Below are positions 38,048 to 47,131 of a stretch of 64,000 bases of DNA, piece by piece. The translations under genes and the position numbers were made by a program. Source of the stretch: Bacillota bacterium. Lineage in GTDB: Bacteria > Bacillota > Dethiobacteria > DTU022 > UBA8154. Positions within the stretch are counted from its first letter, which is position 1, and every line of letters starts with the position of its first letter. The stretch spans positions 13,741 through 77,740 of the forward strand of contig JAAYFF010000025.1 of assembly GCA_012728375.1 (NCBI GenBank), in the 5' to 3' direction. The notes below the pieces were generated by a model that saw only the letters and a list, made by a program, of their open reading frames with translations, did no database searches and was not told the DNA's origin.

Positions 38048-39733
38048 ATGGAACAAAAAATTATTGTCAATTATGATCATAGGGAAACCAGAGTTGCCCT
38101 GCTGGAAGACGGACGCCTTGCTGAGATTTATATTGAGCGCCCCTTGCAGCAAAGGATGGTTGGAAATGTCTATAAAGGTTTGGTAGAAAATGTTATTCCC
38201 GGGATGCAGGCAGCATTTGTCAACATCGGTGAAGAAAGAAATGCTTTTTTATATGTTGATGATATCCCGCAGCTACGGGGTGAGGGCTCTCCGAGTGAAA
38301 GGATGCCCATTCAACGCCTTCTTCACGTTGGTAAAGAAATAATGGTCCAGGTGATGAAAGAACCTTTTGGCAGCAAGGGGGCTCGCTTGACGGGTAATAT
38401 CTCTCTTCCCGGTCGCTATCTCGTCTTGATGCCCGGCTTAAATTATGTGGGGGTTTCCAAGCGTATAAGCTCACAGGAGGAAAGGGAGCGGTTGAAAAAA
38501 GAAACGGAAAGGATAAAGCCCGAAGGAGTGGGTGTAATTGTCCGGACTGCCGCTGAGGGAATCGACGGGGAGAGTTTAATGAATGATTTGCAGTTTCTCC
38601 TCCAGCTCTGGGAAACAACAAAAGAGCTGTATTGCCGTGAAAAGTCGCCTGCTCTGCTTCACCGTGATGCCGCTTTAATTTACCGTATTATCCGGGATCT
38701 TTTTAATGACCGCATTAGCCAGTTCATTATCGATAACGAACAAGAATATGTAAAAGTCCTGGAGATCCTGGAAATGCTTTCGCCGCAACTTAAAAATAGA
38801 GTCTTTTATTACCGCAATAAAGAACCAATTTTTGAGCGTTTCTGTATTGAAGAGGAAATAGACCGCTCTTTGAGCCGGGTGGTCTGGCTGCGCTGCGGAG
38901 GATATCTGGTTTTTGACGAAACGGAAGCGTTAACGGTAATTGATGTTAACACGGGAAAGCACACTGGGAAGGTAAACCTGGAGGAAACGATATTTAAAAC
39001 AAATATGGAGGCAGCCGTGGAGATTGCCAGGCAGATACGCCTCCGGGATATCGGAGGAATTATTATCGTAGATTTGATTGATATGAACTCCCCGAACCAT
39101 CGCCAAAAGGTACTGGAATGCCTCAGGGAAGAGATGAGCCGAGATCGCACTAAAAGCCAGGTTTTAGGTATTACCAATCTCGGCCTTGTAGAAATTTCCA
39201 GGAAAAAAGTCAGACAGGGCCTTTCCGCCAATATGCAGCAACCCTGTTCTTACTGCTACGGCAAGGGCAAGGTTCTTTCTCCGGAGGCGGTTTGCAGCAA
39301 AGTGGAGAGGGAATTGAAAAAAATACTTAAAGACAGTAAAGTCGAAGCTGTTTTAGTGGAAATGAACAGCGAAGTCGCGGCACTGATGATCGGGAGCGGC
39401 GGGCTATATTTAAAAAAAATGGAGGCAGAAACGGGCAAAAATATTTTTGTTCGGGGATCAGATAATCTCCATATTGAAAAGTATAAAATATTAATGACCG
39501 GCAAATTAGGCGAGGTTGAGAGGCACGCTCTGCCTGTGGAAGAAGGGGGTATTTACCGGGTGCGGGTAGAAGAGCAGCATTCATCCCATCCCGAGCGGGG
39601 GATAGCCAGGCTGCACGGTTATATCCTTGATATTGAGGGGGCGGGGGAAATGGTCGGTGAAGAGGTTTTGGTCGTCATTAAGGAGACGAACAGGACATCT
39701 GCCAAAGCTGTTCTCTGGGAAAAGCAAGGATAA
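38048..39733 (+). CDS. rng: Ribonuclease G/E family endoribonuclease (Rne/Rng)
   Basis: S1 domain (GNVYKGLVENVIPGMQAAFVNIG), RNase E/G catalytic core (DVNTGK...). 561 aa. Confidence 0.85.
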   Translation: MEQKIIVNYDHRETRVALLEDGRLAEIYIERPLQQRMVGNVYKGLVENVIPGMQAAFVNIGEERNAFLYVDDIPQLRGEGSPSERMPIQRLLHVGKEIMVQVMKEPFGSKGARLTGNISLPGRYLVLMPGLNYVGVSKRISSQEERERLKKETERIKPEGVGVIVRTAAEGIDGESLMNDLQFLLQLWETTKELYCREKSPALLHRDAALIYRIIRDLFNDRISQFIIDNEQEYVKVLEILEMLSPQLKNRVFYYRNKEPIFERFCIEEEIDRSLSRVVWLRCGGYLVFDETEALTVIDVNTGKHTGKVNLEETIFKTNMEAAVEIARQIRLRDIGGIIIVDLIDMNSPNHRQKVLECLREEMSRDRTKSQVLGITNLGLVEISRKKVRQGLSANMQQPCSYCYGKGKVLSPEAVCSKVERELKKILKDSKVEAVLVEMNSEVAALMIGSGGLYLKKMEAETGKNIFVRGSDNLHIEKYKILMTGKLGEVERHALPVEEGGIYRVRVEEQHSSHPERGIARLHGYILDIEGAGEMVGEEVLVVIKETNRTSAKAVLWEKQG

Positions 39734-39753
39734 CAGGTTGAGGAGGAATATCT

Positions 39754-40458
39754 TTGCAGATCTGCGGTTTTCAAAAGACCAGCCTTGTGGACTTTCCCGG
39801 GGAAGTCTGTTCCACGGTTTTTGTGGGCCGGTGCAATTTGCGGTGCCGGTTTTGTTTCAACCGGGATCTGGTTTTACACCCTGAAACCCTTCCCTCATAT
39901 ACAGAGAAAGAAATTTTTGACCTTTTAAAAAAACGTATGCATGTTCAGGGAGCCCTTTGTATCACCGGCGGGGAACCGGCTTTACAGGAGGATCTTATCG
40001 CTTTTATCGCCGGGGCCAAAGAAGTAGGCGTAAAAGTTAAGCTCGATACCAACGGCACCTTTCCCGAAGTTCTGGAACAGCTTCTAAAAGAGGGAACCTT
40101 GGATTATGTAGCTGTGGATATAAAAGCTCCCCCGGAAAAATACGATCTCATTGCCGGAAGAAAAGTTAATTATGGGAAAGTTGAGCAGACAATACTATTA
40201 CTAAAGAATTCAAATGTAAGATATGAATTTCGAACAACAGCAGTTCCCGGGCTTTTGGAAAAACAAGATCTGGTGAGGATAGCCAAAATTTTGGAAGGCT
40301 CCCCCCTTTATGTATTACAACAGTTCAAAAGGAACACCGTTGTTTTAGATGAAAACTTGCCGGTGAAGGAGTTACAGTTATATACGAGGGAGGAGATGGA
40401 AGAAGTCGCCTCCTTGTGCCGTGCTTATGTTGAGGCAGTTTTACTGAGAAGTTTTTAA
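39754..40458 (+). CDS. Radical SAM activase, NrdG-like (anaerobic ribonucleotide reductase activating protein family, TIGR02495-like)
   Basis: GRCNLRCRFC (CxxxCxxC), LCITGGEP. 234 aa. TTG start with AGGAGG RBS. No nrdD in the window. Confidence 0.7.
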   Translation: MQICGFQKTSLVDFPGEVCSTVFVGRCNLRCRFCFNRDLVLHPETLPSYTEKEIFDLLKKRMHVQGALCITGGEPALQEDLIAFIAGAKEVGVKVKLDTNGTFPEVLEQLLKEGTLDYVAVDIKAPPEKYDLIAGRKVNYGKVEQTILLLKNSNVRYEFRTTAVPGLLEKQDLVRIAKILEGSPLYVLQQFKRNTVVLDENLPVKELQLYTREEMEEVASLCRAYVEAVLLRSF

Positions 40459-40465
40459 ATAATTT

Positions 40466-40509
40466 ACCCCGGAAGGGGAAGGTTTTCCGCTTCCGGGGTA
40501 CTTTTTTTT
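40466..40509. terminator. Bidirectional rho-independent terminator ACCCCGGAAG-(loop)-CTTCCGGGGT + T8
   Basis: Perfect 10-bp stem, then TTTTTTTT. Lies between the convergent nrdG-like and aspC genes. Confidence 0.7.
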
Positions 40510-41704
40510 AGGTCAGCTCGCGGAGAAAAGATTCGAGGCGGTCAAGCCCCGCAGCAATAATTTCCTCGGAAGTGGCATAAGAGAAGCGGGCATATTCCGG
40601 CGCTCCGAAGCCTTTTCCCGGTACAATGGCCACCCGATAATGTTCAAGGAGCAGGGCTGCAAAATTGTCGCCATCACCGATAAGCGTTCCCCTGAACTTT
40701 TTGGCAAACGTTTTTCCCACATGGATAAAAAGATAAAAGGCACCTTCCGGTTCAACAGCAGAAATAAAAGGAAAACTTTTCAGCCTGTTTAGCATGTAAT
40801 CCCTGCGCCGGGTAAAAGTGCGGCGCATTTCTTCCACACAATCCTGAGGGCCGTTTAAGGCTGCCAGAGCTGCTTTTTGGGCAATAGAATTGGGGTTCGA
40901 GGCAGCATGGCTCTGGAGATTGGCCATGGCATTTGCTAGGGGCAAAGACGAGGCGGTATAGCCGATTCGCCAGCCGGTCATGGCGTAGGACTTGGAAACG
41001 CCGTTAACAATGATAGTCTGCTCCTGAACCTCCTTGCTTAGGGAAGCAATGGAAACATGCTCATTTTCCCCGTAAATCAACTTTTCATAAATTTCATCGG
41101 AAACGATATAAAATTGGTGTTTTAATGCCAGATGCGCGATTCCCTCCAGTTCATCCCTGGTATAAACACAGCCTGTGGGATTGTTTGGGCTGTTTAAGAT
41201 AAAAGCTTTGGTCCGGGGAGTGATGGCTTTTTCCAGTTCATCTGTGCGCGCTTTATAGCAATTGTCCTTCTTTGTTTCCAGGATGACGGGGACTCCGTCA
41301 TTCAATTTTACCAGTTCCGGATAGCTGACCCAGTACGGGGCGGGGATGATGACCTCGTCTCCCTTATTTAAAATGGCGGCAAAAACATTGTCAAGGGAGT
41401 GTTTGGCTCCATTGCTGACGACGATTTGTCCCGGCTGAAATTCCAACCCGTTATCTTTCCTTAGTTTTTCGCAAATGGCCTTTTTAAGCTCCGGTATTCC
41501 GCTGGCCGGCGTGTATCTGGTAAAACCCTCATCAATGGCATTTTTGGCGGCCTCCCGAATATGTAAAGGAGTATCAAAATCCGGCTCGCCGGCGCCGAAG
41601 CCAATGACATCTTCCCCCGCACTTTTTAATTCTTTAGCCCTGGCATCAATAGTCAAAGTGGGAGAAGGTGAAATCGCTGAAACTTTTTGTGAAAGTGTCG
41701 GCAT
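40508..41704 (-). CDS. aspC: Aspartate/aromatic aminotransferase (class I PLP)
   Basis: MPTLSQKVSAISPSPTLTIDARAKELKSAGEDVIGFGAGEPDF is the canonical N-terminus. SKSYAMTGWRIGY is the PLP-Lys region. Start ATG at 41704 with GGAAGGAG RBS; the track's 41827 extension is rejected. Confidence 0.85.
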   Translation of the reverse strand: MPTLSQKVSAISPSPTLTIDARAKELKSAGEDVIGFGAGEPDFDTPLHIREAAKNAIDEGFTRYTPASGIPELKKAICEKLRKDNGLEFQPGQIVVSNGAKHSLDNVFAAILNKGDEVIIPAPYWVSYPELVKLNDGVPVILETKKDNCYKARTDELEKAITPRTKAFILNSPNNPTGCVYTRDELEGIAHLALKHQFYIVSDEIYEKLIYGENEHVSIASLSKEVQEQTIIVNGVSKSYAMTGWRIGYTASSLPLANAMANLQSHAASNPNSIAQKAALAALNGPQDCVEEMRRTFTRRRDYMLNRLKSFPFISAVEPEGAFYLFIHVGKTFAKKFRGTLIGDGDNFAALLLEHYRVAIVPGKGFGAPEYARFSYATSEEIIAAGLDRLESFLRELT

Positions 41705-41726
41705 AATCTTCACTCCTTCCGGCTTT

Positions 41727-42821
41727 TCAGGCTTTGTGTTTGTTGCAGAAGTCCTCCATAAATTGGGCAAGGGTTTCGCAGCCTTCCAGGGGCATGGCAT
41801 TGTAGATGGAGGCTCGTATACCGCCAACGGAACGGTGTCCTTTTAATCCCATTAGCCCTTCTTTGGCGGCTTCTTCCAGAAACAGTTTTTCCATTTTTTC
41901 ATCAGGAAGGCGAAAAGTGATATTCATCGTTGAACGGCATTCTTTTTGTGCGTGTCCCCTGTAGAAATTTTCGCTCCGGTCAATTGCTTCGTATATAAGC
42001 GAAGCTTTTTTTTCATTAAGGATTTCAATGGCTTTGAGCCCGCCCTGGTCTTTGAGCCATTCCATAACCAGCTGAAGAATATAGATGGGAAAGCATGGCG
42101 GAGTGTTGTAAAGGGAGCCGGATTCAGCATGGACTTTGTAGCTGAATATGTTGGGAATATTTTCGGGAACTCTTTCCAGCATACTTTTGCGAATGACCAC
42201 CGCAGTAACCCCGGCAGGGCCGAGGTTTTTCTGTGCGCCTGCGTAAAACAAAGAAAACTTGGTTAAATCTATTTCCCGGGAAAGAATATCGCTGGACATA
42301 TCCGCCACCAGTGGAACATCCCCGCAGTCAGGGATATATTTCCACTGTGTCCCGTAAATAGTATTATTTGTCGTCAGATGCACGTACGCAGGGTCCGGAC
42401 TAAAGGACAGATCTTCTTGACGGGGTATGGAGCGATACCCGGTGTCTTTTGTACTGGCAACAATGTGAGTTTTGCCGATACGGGACGCTTCTTTTTGAGC
42501 TTTTTCCGCAAAAATCCCTGTTTCAATGTAGTCTGCCGTTTTCCCGTCGGGAAGGAAGTTGTAGGGCACCATCATGAACTGAAGGCTGGCGCCTCCCTGC
42601 AGGAAAAGTACCCGGTAGTCCCGGTTGTTCAGACCGGCAAGTTCCAAAAAGGAAGCTTCTGCGGAGGTAATAATCTCTTCAAAGTCGCTGGAACGGTGGC
42701 TGATTTCCATGACGGACATGCCTGTCCCCCTGTAATCCAAAAGTTCCTCACGGGCTTTTTCCAGCACCGGCAGGGGAAGGGTGGCTGGGCCCGGGTTAAA
42801 ATTATAAACTCTATGTATCAA
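41727..42821 (-). CDS. serC: Phosphoserine aminotransferase
   Basis: (M)IHRVYNFNPGPATLP is the canonical SerC N-terminus. TTG start at 42821 with GAGGAGG RBS 8 nt upstream. The track start 42887 lies upstream of the predicted -10. Confidence 0.85.
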   Translation of the reverse strand: MIHRVYNFNPGPATLPLPVLEKAREELLDYRGTGMSVMEISHRSSDFEEIITSAEASFLELAGLNNRDYRVLFLQGGASLQFMMVPYNFLPDGKTADYIETGIFAEKAQKEASRIGKTHIVASTKDTGYRSIPRQEDLSFSPDPAYVHLTTNNTIYGTQWKYIPDCGDVPLVADMSSDILSREIDLTKFSLFYAGAQKNLGPAGVTAVVIRKSMLERVPENIPNIFSYKVHAESGSLYNTPPCFPIYILQLVMEWLKDQGGLKAIEILNEKKASLIYEAIDRSENFYRGHAQKECRSTMNITFRLPDEKMEKLFLEEAAKEGLMGLKGHRSVGGIRASIYNAMPLEGCETLAQFMEDFCNKHKA

Positions 42822-42938
42822 TAATAAAACCTCCTCACGGTTCAAATTGTCTCCTTTCCTGGTGGATAAACAGGTAAGTGGCATCAACTTATTATACCTG
42901 ATACCGGGACAAATAAAAATAGCAAATACGTCAGACCT

Positions 42939-42985
42939 GTCATTTTTTTGTTCGTCATTTTTTGGCTAACTTAGCGGCAAGGGGC
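42939..42985 (-). promoter_or_regulatory. Upstream regulatory module of serC: GTCAT(T7)G x2, palindrome CTAACTTAG, CAAGG
   Basis: It shares GTCAT-(N)-CTAACTTAGCGG-(N)-CAAGG with the nfu upstream region at 47157-47186. Confidence 0.35.
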
Positions 42986-43112
42986 AGTACATATAAAGGA
43001 AAAAGTAGAAAATAAAGGTAAACTTGACTTTATAGTGCCGCTTTGGTACAATTCACATAAATAATAAGAAGTAAGCGGAATAACTTTTTCGGGAAGGGGG
43101 GTAGACACCCCG

Positions 43113-44342
43113 TTGTTTGTTAACTTTTTTTATGAGCTGAAAAGATCCGGAGTTCCTGTTTCCCTGACTGAGTGGATGACCTTGATGGAGGCTCTCAGCA
43201 AGGGCCTGGCTTATTCCAGCCTGAACAGTTTTTACTATCTGGCCAGGGCTGTGCTGGTTAAGAGCGAAGCATACTTTGATAGCTACGACCAAGCCTTTTA
43301 TAACTACTTTAAGGATATAGAAACGCCCGATGAGGTGGTTGAAAAGGCTTTAAAATGGATGGAAAAAGATAAAAAAGTGATCCAGCTAATGAGCGAAGAT
43401 AACGAAGATGAAGAGGACCCCTTACAGGATCGGAAGATTAGAAAATTGAAAAAAGAAGCGGTAAAGCACAAAGTGGATGATAAAGGGGAGAAGAGAGACC
43501 TTGCTTCGCCTGCCGGCACAAAAGGCGGTGAAGGCGGAGGAGCGCGGGTCGGGCAGGGAGGTTATACCCCTACTGGCGGTATACGCATTGGCGGTAATCC
43601 TTCCGGTGGTTCAGCTGTGAAAGTGGCGGGTGATAGGCTTTACCGGGGTTATCGCAGCGATGTAATCATTGGTGTAAGGAGATTTGAGGCTGCGTTGCGC
43701 GTTCTTCGTCAGCTTTCCAATCGCAATGACGCCCCAAAAGACGAATTCGATTTAGACGGCACCATCGAGGCAACGAGCAAGAACGCCGGCCGTCTGGAAA
43801 TTGTCTGGGATCGCCCGCGCAAGAACAAGCTGAAAGTGCTCCTTGTGATGGACTCGGGGGGCTCGATGGACAGTTATATCAACCTTTGCAGCCAGCTGTT
43901 TACCGCGGTAAAGCGCTCGACTCATTTTAAAGAGCTTCATTTTTATTATTTCCATAATTGTATTTATGAAAATATTTATATAAAACCCGCTTGCATTTCC
44001 AGCAATGCCATAAAAACAACTGAATTCTTACAAAAGCACGATCCGGATTGCCTCTTGATTATTGTAGGCGATGCCAGCATGGCTCCGGCTGAACTTACCA
44101 TGGTTGGCGGTTCGATTGATTGGGATGTAAATGATAATGAACCGGGGTTGGTCTGGTTGGAGCGCGTCATCAGCCATTTTAAGCATGCAGTCTGGCTCAA
44201 CCCAATACCCGCCACGGCATGGGATGAGACCAAAAATTACCGTGCGAAGAGCATCAGTATGATCCGCACTATTATCCCCATGTATGAACTGAGCCTCGAA
44301 GGGCTTCATAGCGCCATAAAAAAGCTGAAAGTGCGCGCCTGA
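43113..44342 (+). CDS. VWA-domain protein, CoxE-like (VWA_CoxE family)
   Basis: The N-terminus FFYELKRSGVPVSLTEWMTLMEAL is CoxE-like. MIDAS motif in LVMDSGGSMD. A Gly-rich low-complexity linker. TTG start with GGGAAGGGGGG RBS. Confidence 0.7.
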   Translation: MFVNFFYELKRSGVPVSLTEWMTLMEALSKGLAYSSLNSFYYLARAVLVKSEAYFDSYDQAFYNYFKDIETPDEVVEKALKWMEKDKKVIQLMSEDNEDEEDPLQDRKIRKLKKEAVKHKVDDKGEKRDLASPAGTKGGEGGGARVGQGGYTPTGGIRIGGNPSGGSAVKVAGDRLYRGYRSDVIIGVRRFEAALRVLRQLSNRNDAPKDEFDLDGTIEATSKNAGRLEIVWDRPRKNKLKVLLVMDSGGSMDSYINLCSQLFTAVKRSTHFKELHFYYFHNCIYENIYIKPACISSNAIKTTEFLQKHDPDCLLIIVGDASMAPAELTMVGGSIDWDVNDNEPGLVWLERVISHFKHAVWLNPIPATAWDETKNYRAKSISMIRTIIPMYELSLEGLHSAIKKLKVRA

Positions 44343-44366
44343 ACCCCGCTCTATTAATAAATTTTA

Positions 44367-45548
44367 TCATACCCCCGCCATTTTCTCAGTTAATTGTTTT
44401 AAACCGGAAATTACCTCATTAATCCTTTGTACCGCTCTAGTGATCTCTTCCTGTGTTGTCCGCGCAGAAAAGCTAAAGCGGACAGCCCCTTCCATTTCCG
44501 CCCTGCCGAGCTTCATTGCCTGCAGGACATGGCTTTCCCCTTTGCTGTTGGAGTGGCAGGCTGAGCCTGTAGAGGCATAAATCCCCTGTTCCTCCAGGGC
44601 GTGGACAATAATTTCCCCTTTTAGCCCCGGGAAGGAAATGTTGACAATATGCGGCGCGCTTTCCTTTTCATCAACTCCGGGTCCGTTGATCCTGATCCAC
44701 GGGTGCCGGGTTTGCAGGTCCGAAATGAATTGCTTTTTCATCTGGCGAAGTTGAGCTGCTTTTTTATTAATTTCCACAAAACTGTAACGGGCAGCCAGCG
44801 CCATACCTGCGATTCCGGGCGTGTTTTCCGTTCCTGCCCGCAGCCCCCTCTCGTGCCCTCCACCCAGCAGAAGAGGTTCGATCATTATCCCGCTTTTTAA
44901 GTAAAGGGCACCGGTTCCCTTTGGTCCGTGCAGCTTGTGAGCGCTGATACTGAGGGCGTCAATCCCCTGAAGGCCCGGAGGAAGGGTTACTTTGCCAAAT
45001 GATTGCACTGCGTCCACATGAAATATGATTTCAGGTTTTTCCCTTTTCAGGATCCCGGAGATTTCTTGAATGGGTTGTATGGAGCCCACTTCATTATTGA
45101 CATGCATGATGCTCACGAAGATGGTTTCCGGTTTTAAGGCCTTCAGGAGGTCTTGCGGAGCGATAACCCCCCTGGAATCCGGCGTCAGGTATGTGACTTC
45201 GAACCCTTCTTTTTCCAACAATTGAAAAGGTTGCAGGACGGAGGGATGCTCAATTGCTGTTGTAATCAGGTGTTTACCTCTCCTGAGGTAACGCCGGGCG
45301 ATTCCCAGGATAGCAAGGTTGTTTGACTCCGTTCCCCCGGAGGTAAAGATGATTTCGCTGTCCCGGACGCCCAGAAAGTCGGCCAGTACTTTCCGGGAGG
45401 TGGTGAGTACCCTTTCACCTTCCCTGCCCTTGCGGTGAAGGGAGGACGGGTTGCCGTAGATCTGCAAGGCTACTCTGGCCATTTCTTCCATGACGCGAGG
45501 GTCTATGGGAGTGGTCGCACTATTGTCCAGATAAATCTCTTCATTCAT
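44367..45548 (-). CDS. Cysteine desulfurase (NifS/IscS class; NifZ-like by context)
   Basis: MNEEIYLDNSATTP. PLP-Lys region SISAHKLHGPKG. Active-site Cys STGSACHS. ATG 45548 with GGAGG RBS. Confidence 0.85.
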   Translation of the reverse strand: MNEEIYLDNSATTPIDPRVMEEMARVALQIYGNPSSLHRKGREGERVLTTSRKVLADFLGVRDSEIIFTSGGTESNNLAILGIARRYLRRGKHLITTAIEHPSVLQPFQLLEKEGFEVTYLTPDSRGVIAPQDLLKALKPETIFVSIMHVNNEVGSIQPIQEISGILKREKPEIIFHVDAVQSFGKVTLPPGLQGIDALSISAHKLHGPKGTGALYLKSGIMIEPLLLGGGHERGLRAGTENTPGIAGMALAARYSFVEINKKAAQLRQMKKQFISDLQTRHPWIRINGPGVDEKESAPHIVNISFPGLKGEIIVHALEEQGIYASTGSACHSNSKGESHVLQAMKLGRAEMEGAVRFSFSARTTQEEITRAVQRINEVISGLKQLTEKMAGV

Positions 45549-45588
45549 TTTTCTTGCCTCCAGTGTAGTAGTCTTGCATGTCAAACCT

Positions 45589-46755
45589 TTAGGGGTTAAC
45601 TGTTCTTGTTTCTATCTTCTCCAGGCATGAAGCCAGTAATTCATCCAGGGGGATTTTCTTTTCTGCTTTTTCCAGCTCTTCCGGTTTTGGCCTGGTCACC
45701 GGGTGTTTGGGCACGAAAAGGGTACAGCAATCTTCAAAAGGAAGGGTGGAGATGGAATAGGTATTAATTTGTCGGGAAATATTGACGATTTCTTCTTTGT
45801 CAAATCCAATGAGCGGCCTTAAAACCGGTATGGAAACAACTCTATCTATTCCCGTCAGATTCTCCAAAGTCTGGCTGGCTACCTGTCCCAGGCTCTCACC
45901 GGTGAAGAGGACTTCTATACCCCTTCGCGCGGCCAATTTTTCTGCAATGCGAAACATGGCCCTGCGCATAAGGGTGATGGTCATCGACTCCGGGCAGTGA
46001 AGGCGGATTTGCGTTTGAATTTCCGTAAAGTGTGCCAGGTGGAGCTTAATCTTTTCTCCGTAAGAAGCCAGAACCCGGCACAAATCGTTTACTTTATTAA
46101 CGGCAGCTTCCCCTGTAAAGGGAGGGCTGTAAAAGTGAAGCGCTTCCAGAGTAACTCCTCTTTTTAATGCCATATAACCGGCAACAGGACTGTCGATTCC
46201 ACCGGAAAGCAAAAGGAGCCCCCTTCCGGTAACACCGACGGGCAGCCCTCCCGGCCCGGGGTATCTTTCGCAAAAAAGATAAGCTACTCGCTCCCTGATC
46301 TCAATTTGAATAAGAATTTGCGGTTGATGGACATCGACTTTTACATCCAGACCGCTTTTCAAAATAAAAGCGCCGACTTGGCTGTTGACCTCGGGGGAGG
46401 GGTAAGGAAACCGTTTATTGACCCTGTTGGTCTCTATTTTAAAGCTGACTCCCGGAAAGTAGCTATTTCGGAGAAGAGCGAGGGCTTCTTGGCAGATTGC
46501 AGCCAGCTCCGGTTCTGCCGGGTAGGCCGGGCTGACGGAGACAATTCCAAAGACCCTGCGAAGCCTTTCCTGGGCGGAAAAGAGCCTTTCCCCGCCAATA
46601 TGCAGGAAAAAACGTCCCCGCTGAAATATTAGCTTAAAGGGCTCCAAACCGCGGAGCGCTGTTTTTATGTTTTGCTCTAGTTTTTTTTCAAAAAAGGGCC
46701 TGTTTTTTCCTTTCAGAGCTATTTCGCCGTAACGAATCAACAGTATTGCGTCCAT
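45589..46755 (-). CDS. thiI: tRNA 4-thiouridine(8) synthase ThiI (no rhodanese domain)
   Basis: THUMP domain plus PP-loop SGGIDSPVA. 388 aa. Confidence 0.85.
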   Translation of the reverse strand: MDAILLIRYGEIALKGKNRPFFEKKLEQNIKTALRGLEPFKLIFQRGRFFLHIGGERLFSAQERLRRVFGIVSVSPAYPAEPELAAICQEALALLRNSYFPGVSFKIETNRVNKRFPYPSPEVNSQVGAFILKSGLDVKVDVHQPQILIQIEIRERVAYLFCERYPGPGGLPVGVTGRGLLLLSGGIDSPVAGYMALKRGVTLEALHFYSPPFTGEAAVNKVNDLCRVLASYGEKIKLHLAHFTEIQTQIRLHCPESMTITLMRRAMFRIAEKLAARRGIEVLFTGESLGQVASQTLENLTGIDRVVSIPVLRPLIGFDKEEIVNISRQINTYSISTLPFEDCCTLFVPKHPVTRPKPEELEKAEKKIPLDELLASCLEKIETRTVNP

Positions 46756-46779
46756 GGGGTTTTTTGCCCTCCTTCCTAA

Positions 46780-46822
46780 AAAAAAAGCCCCGCTTAAGAC
46801 AGCTGATGGGGGCGGTTTTCAA
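46780..46822 (-). terminator. Possible terminator after nfu (GC stem, then T9 on minus strand)
   Basis: Minus strand reads CCGCCCCC...GCGGGGC TTTTTTTTT. The stem is weak (5 bp). Confidence 0.3.
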
Positions 46823-46865
46823 GCTAAGCTTTCGTTCCAAAGGATTTCTCGCTTTTCCCGGTGGA

Positions 46866-47087
46866 CTAAGCCTGAACGACTTCCTTTACCCCAGGGACTT
46901 CACTTTTGAGCAGGCGTTCAATCCCCTGTTTTAAAGTCATGGTGGACATGGGGCATCCGCCGCAGGCGCCGGTTAATTGCACCTTAACGGTGCCGTCCTC
47001 ATCGACATCGAGAAGGATCACATCCCCTCCGTCAGCCTGCAATGAGGGGCGAATTTTTTCCAACGCTTTTTCGACCTGTTCTTTCAT
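46866..47087 (-). CDS. NifU-like C-terminal domain (Nfu) Fe-S cluster carrier protein
   Basis: 73 aa. LQADGGDV...GACGGCP is the Nfu CxxC motif. Confidence 0.75.
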   Translation of the reverse strand: MKEQVEKALEKIRPSLQADGGDVILLDVDEDGTVKVQLTGACGGCPMSTMTLKQGIERLLKSEVPGVKEVVQA

Positions 47088-47131
47088 GGCTTTAAGCCTC
47101 CCGTTTTCTTTAAGTTTAACAAACTATATTT

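Noticed and set aside
41705-41827. N-terminal extension of aspC to the track start at 41827 (MAVYEPPST...)
   Set aside because: The canonical aminotransferase N-terminus begins at MPTLSQKV with an excellent GGAAGGAG RBS 8 nt upstream. The extension would run into the serC coding region.
42822-42887. N-terminal extension of serC to the track start at 42887 (MMPLTCLSTRKGDNLNREEVLL)
   Set aside because: The SerC family begins at (M)IHRVYNF, and a GAGGAGG RBS precedes TTG 42821. The predicted -10 (42896..42891) would place the transcription start at or after 42887.
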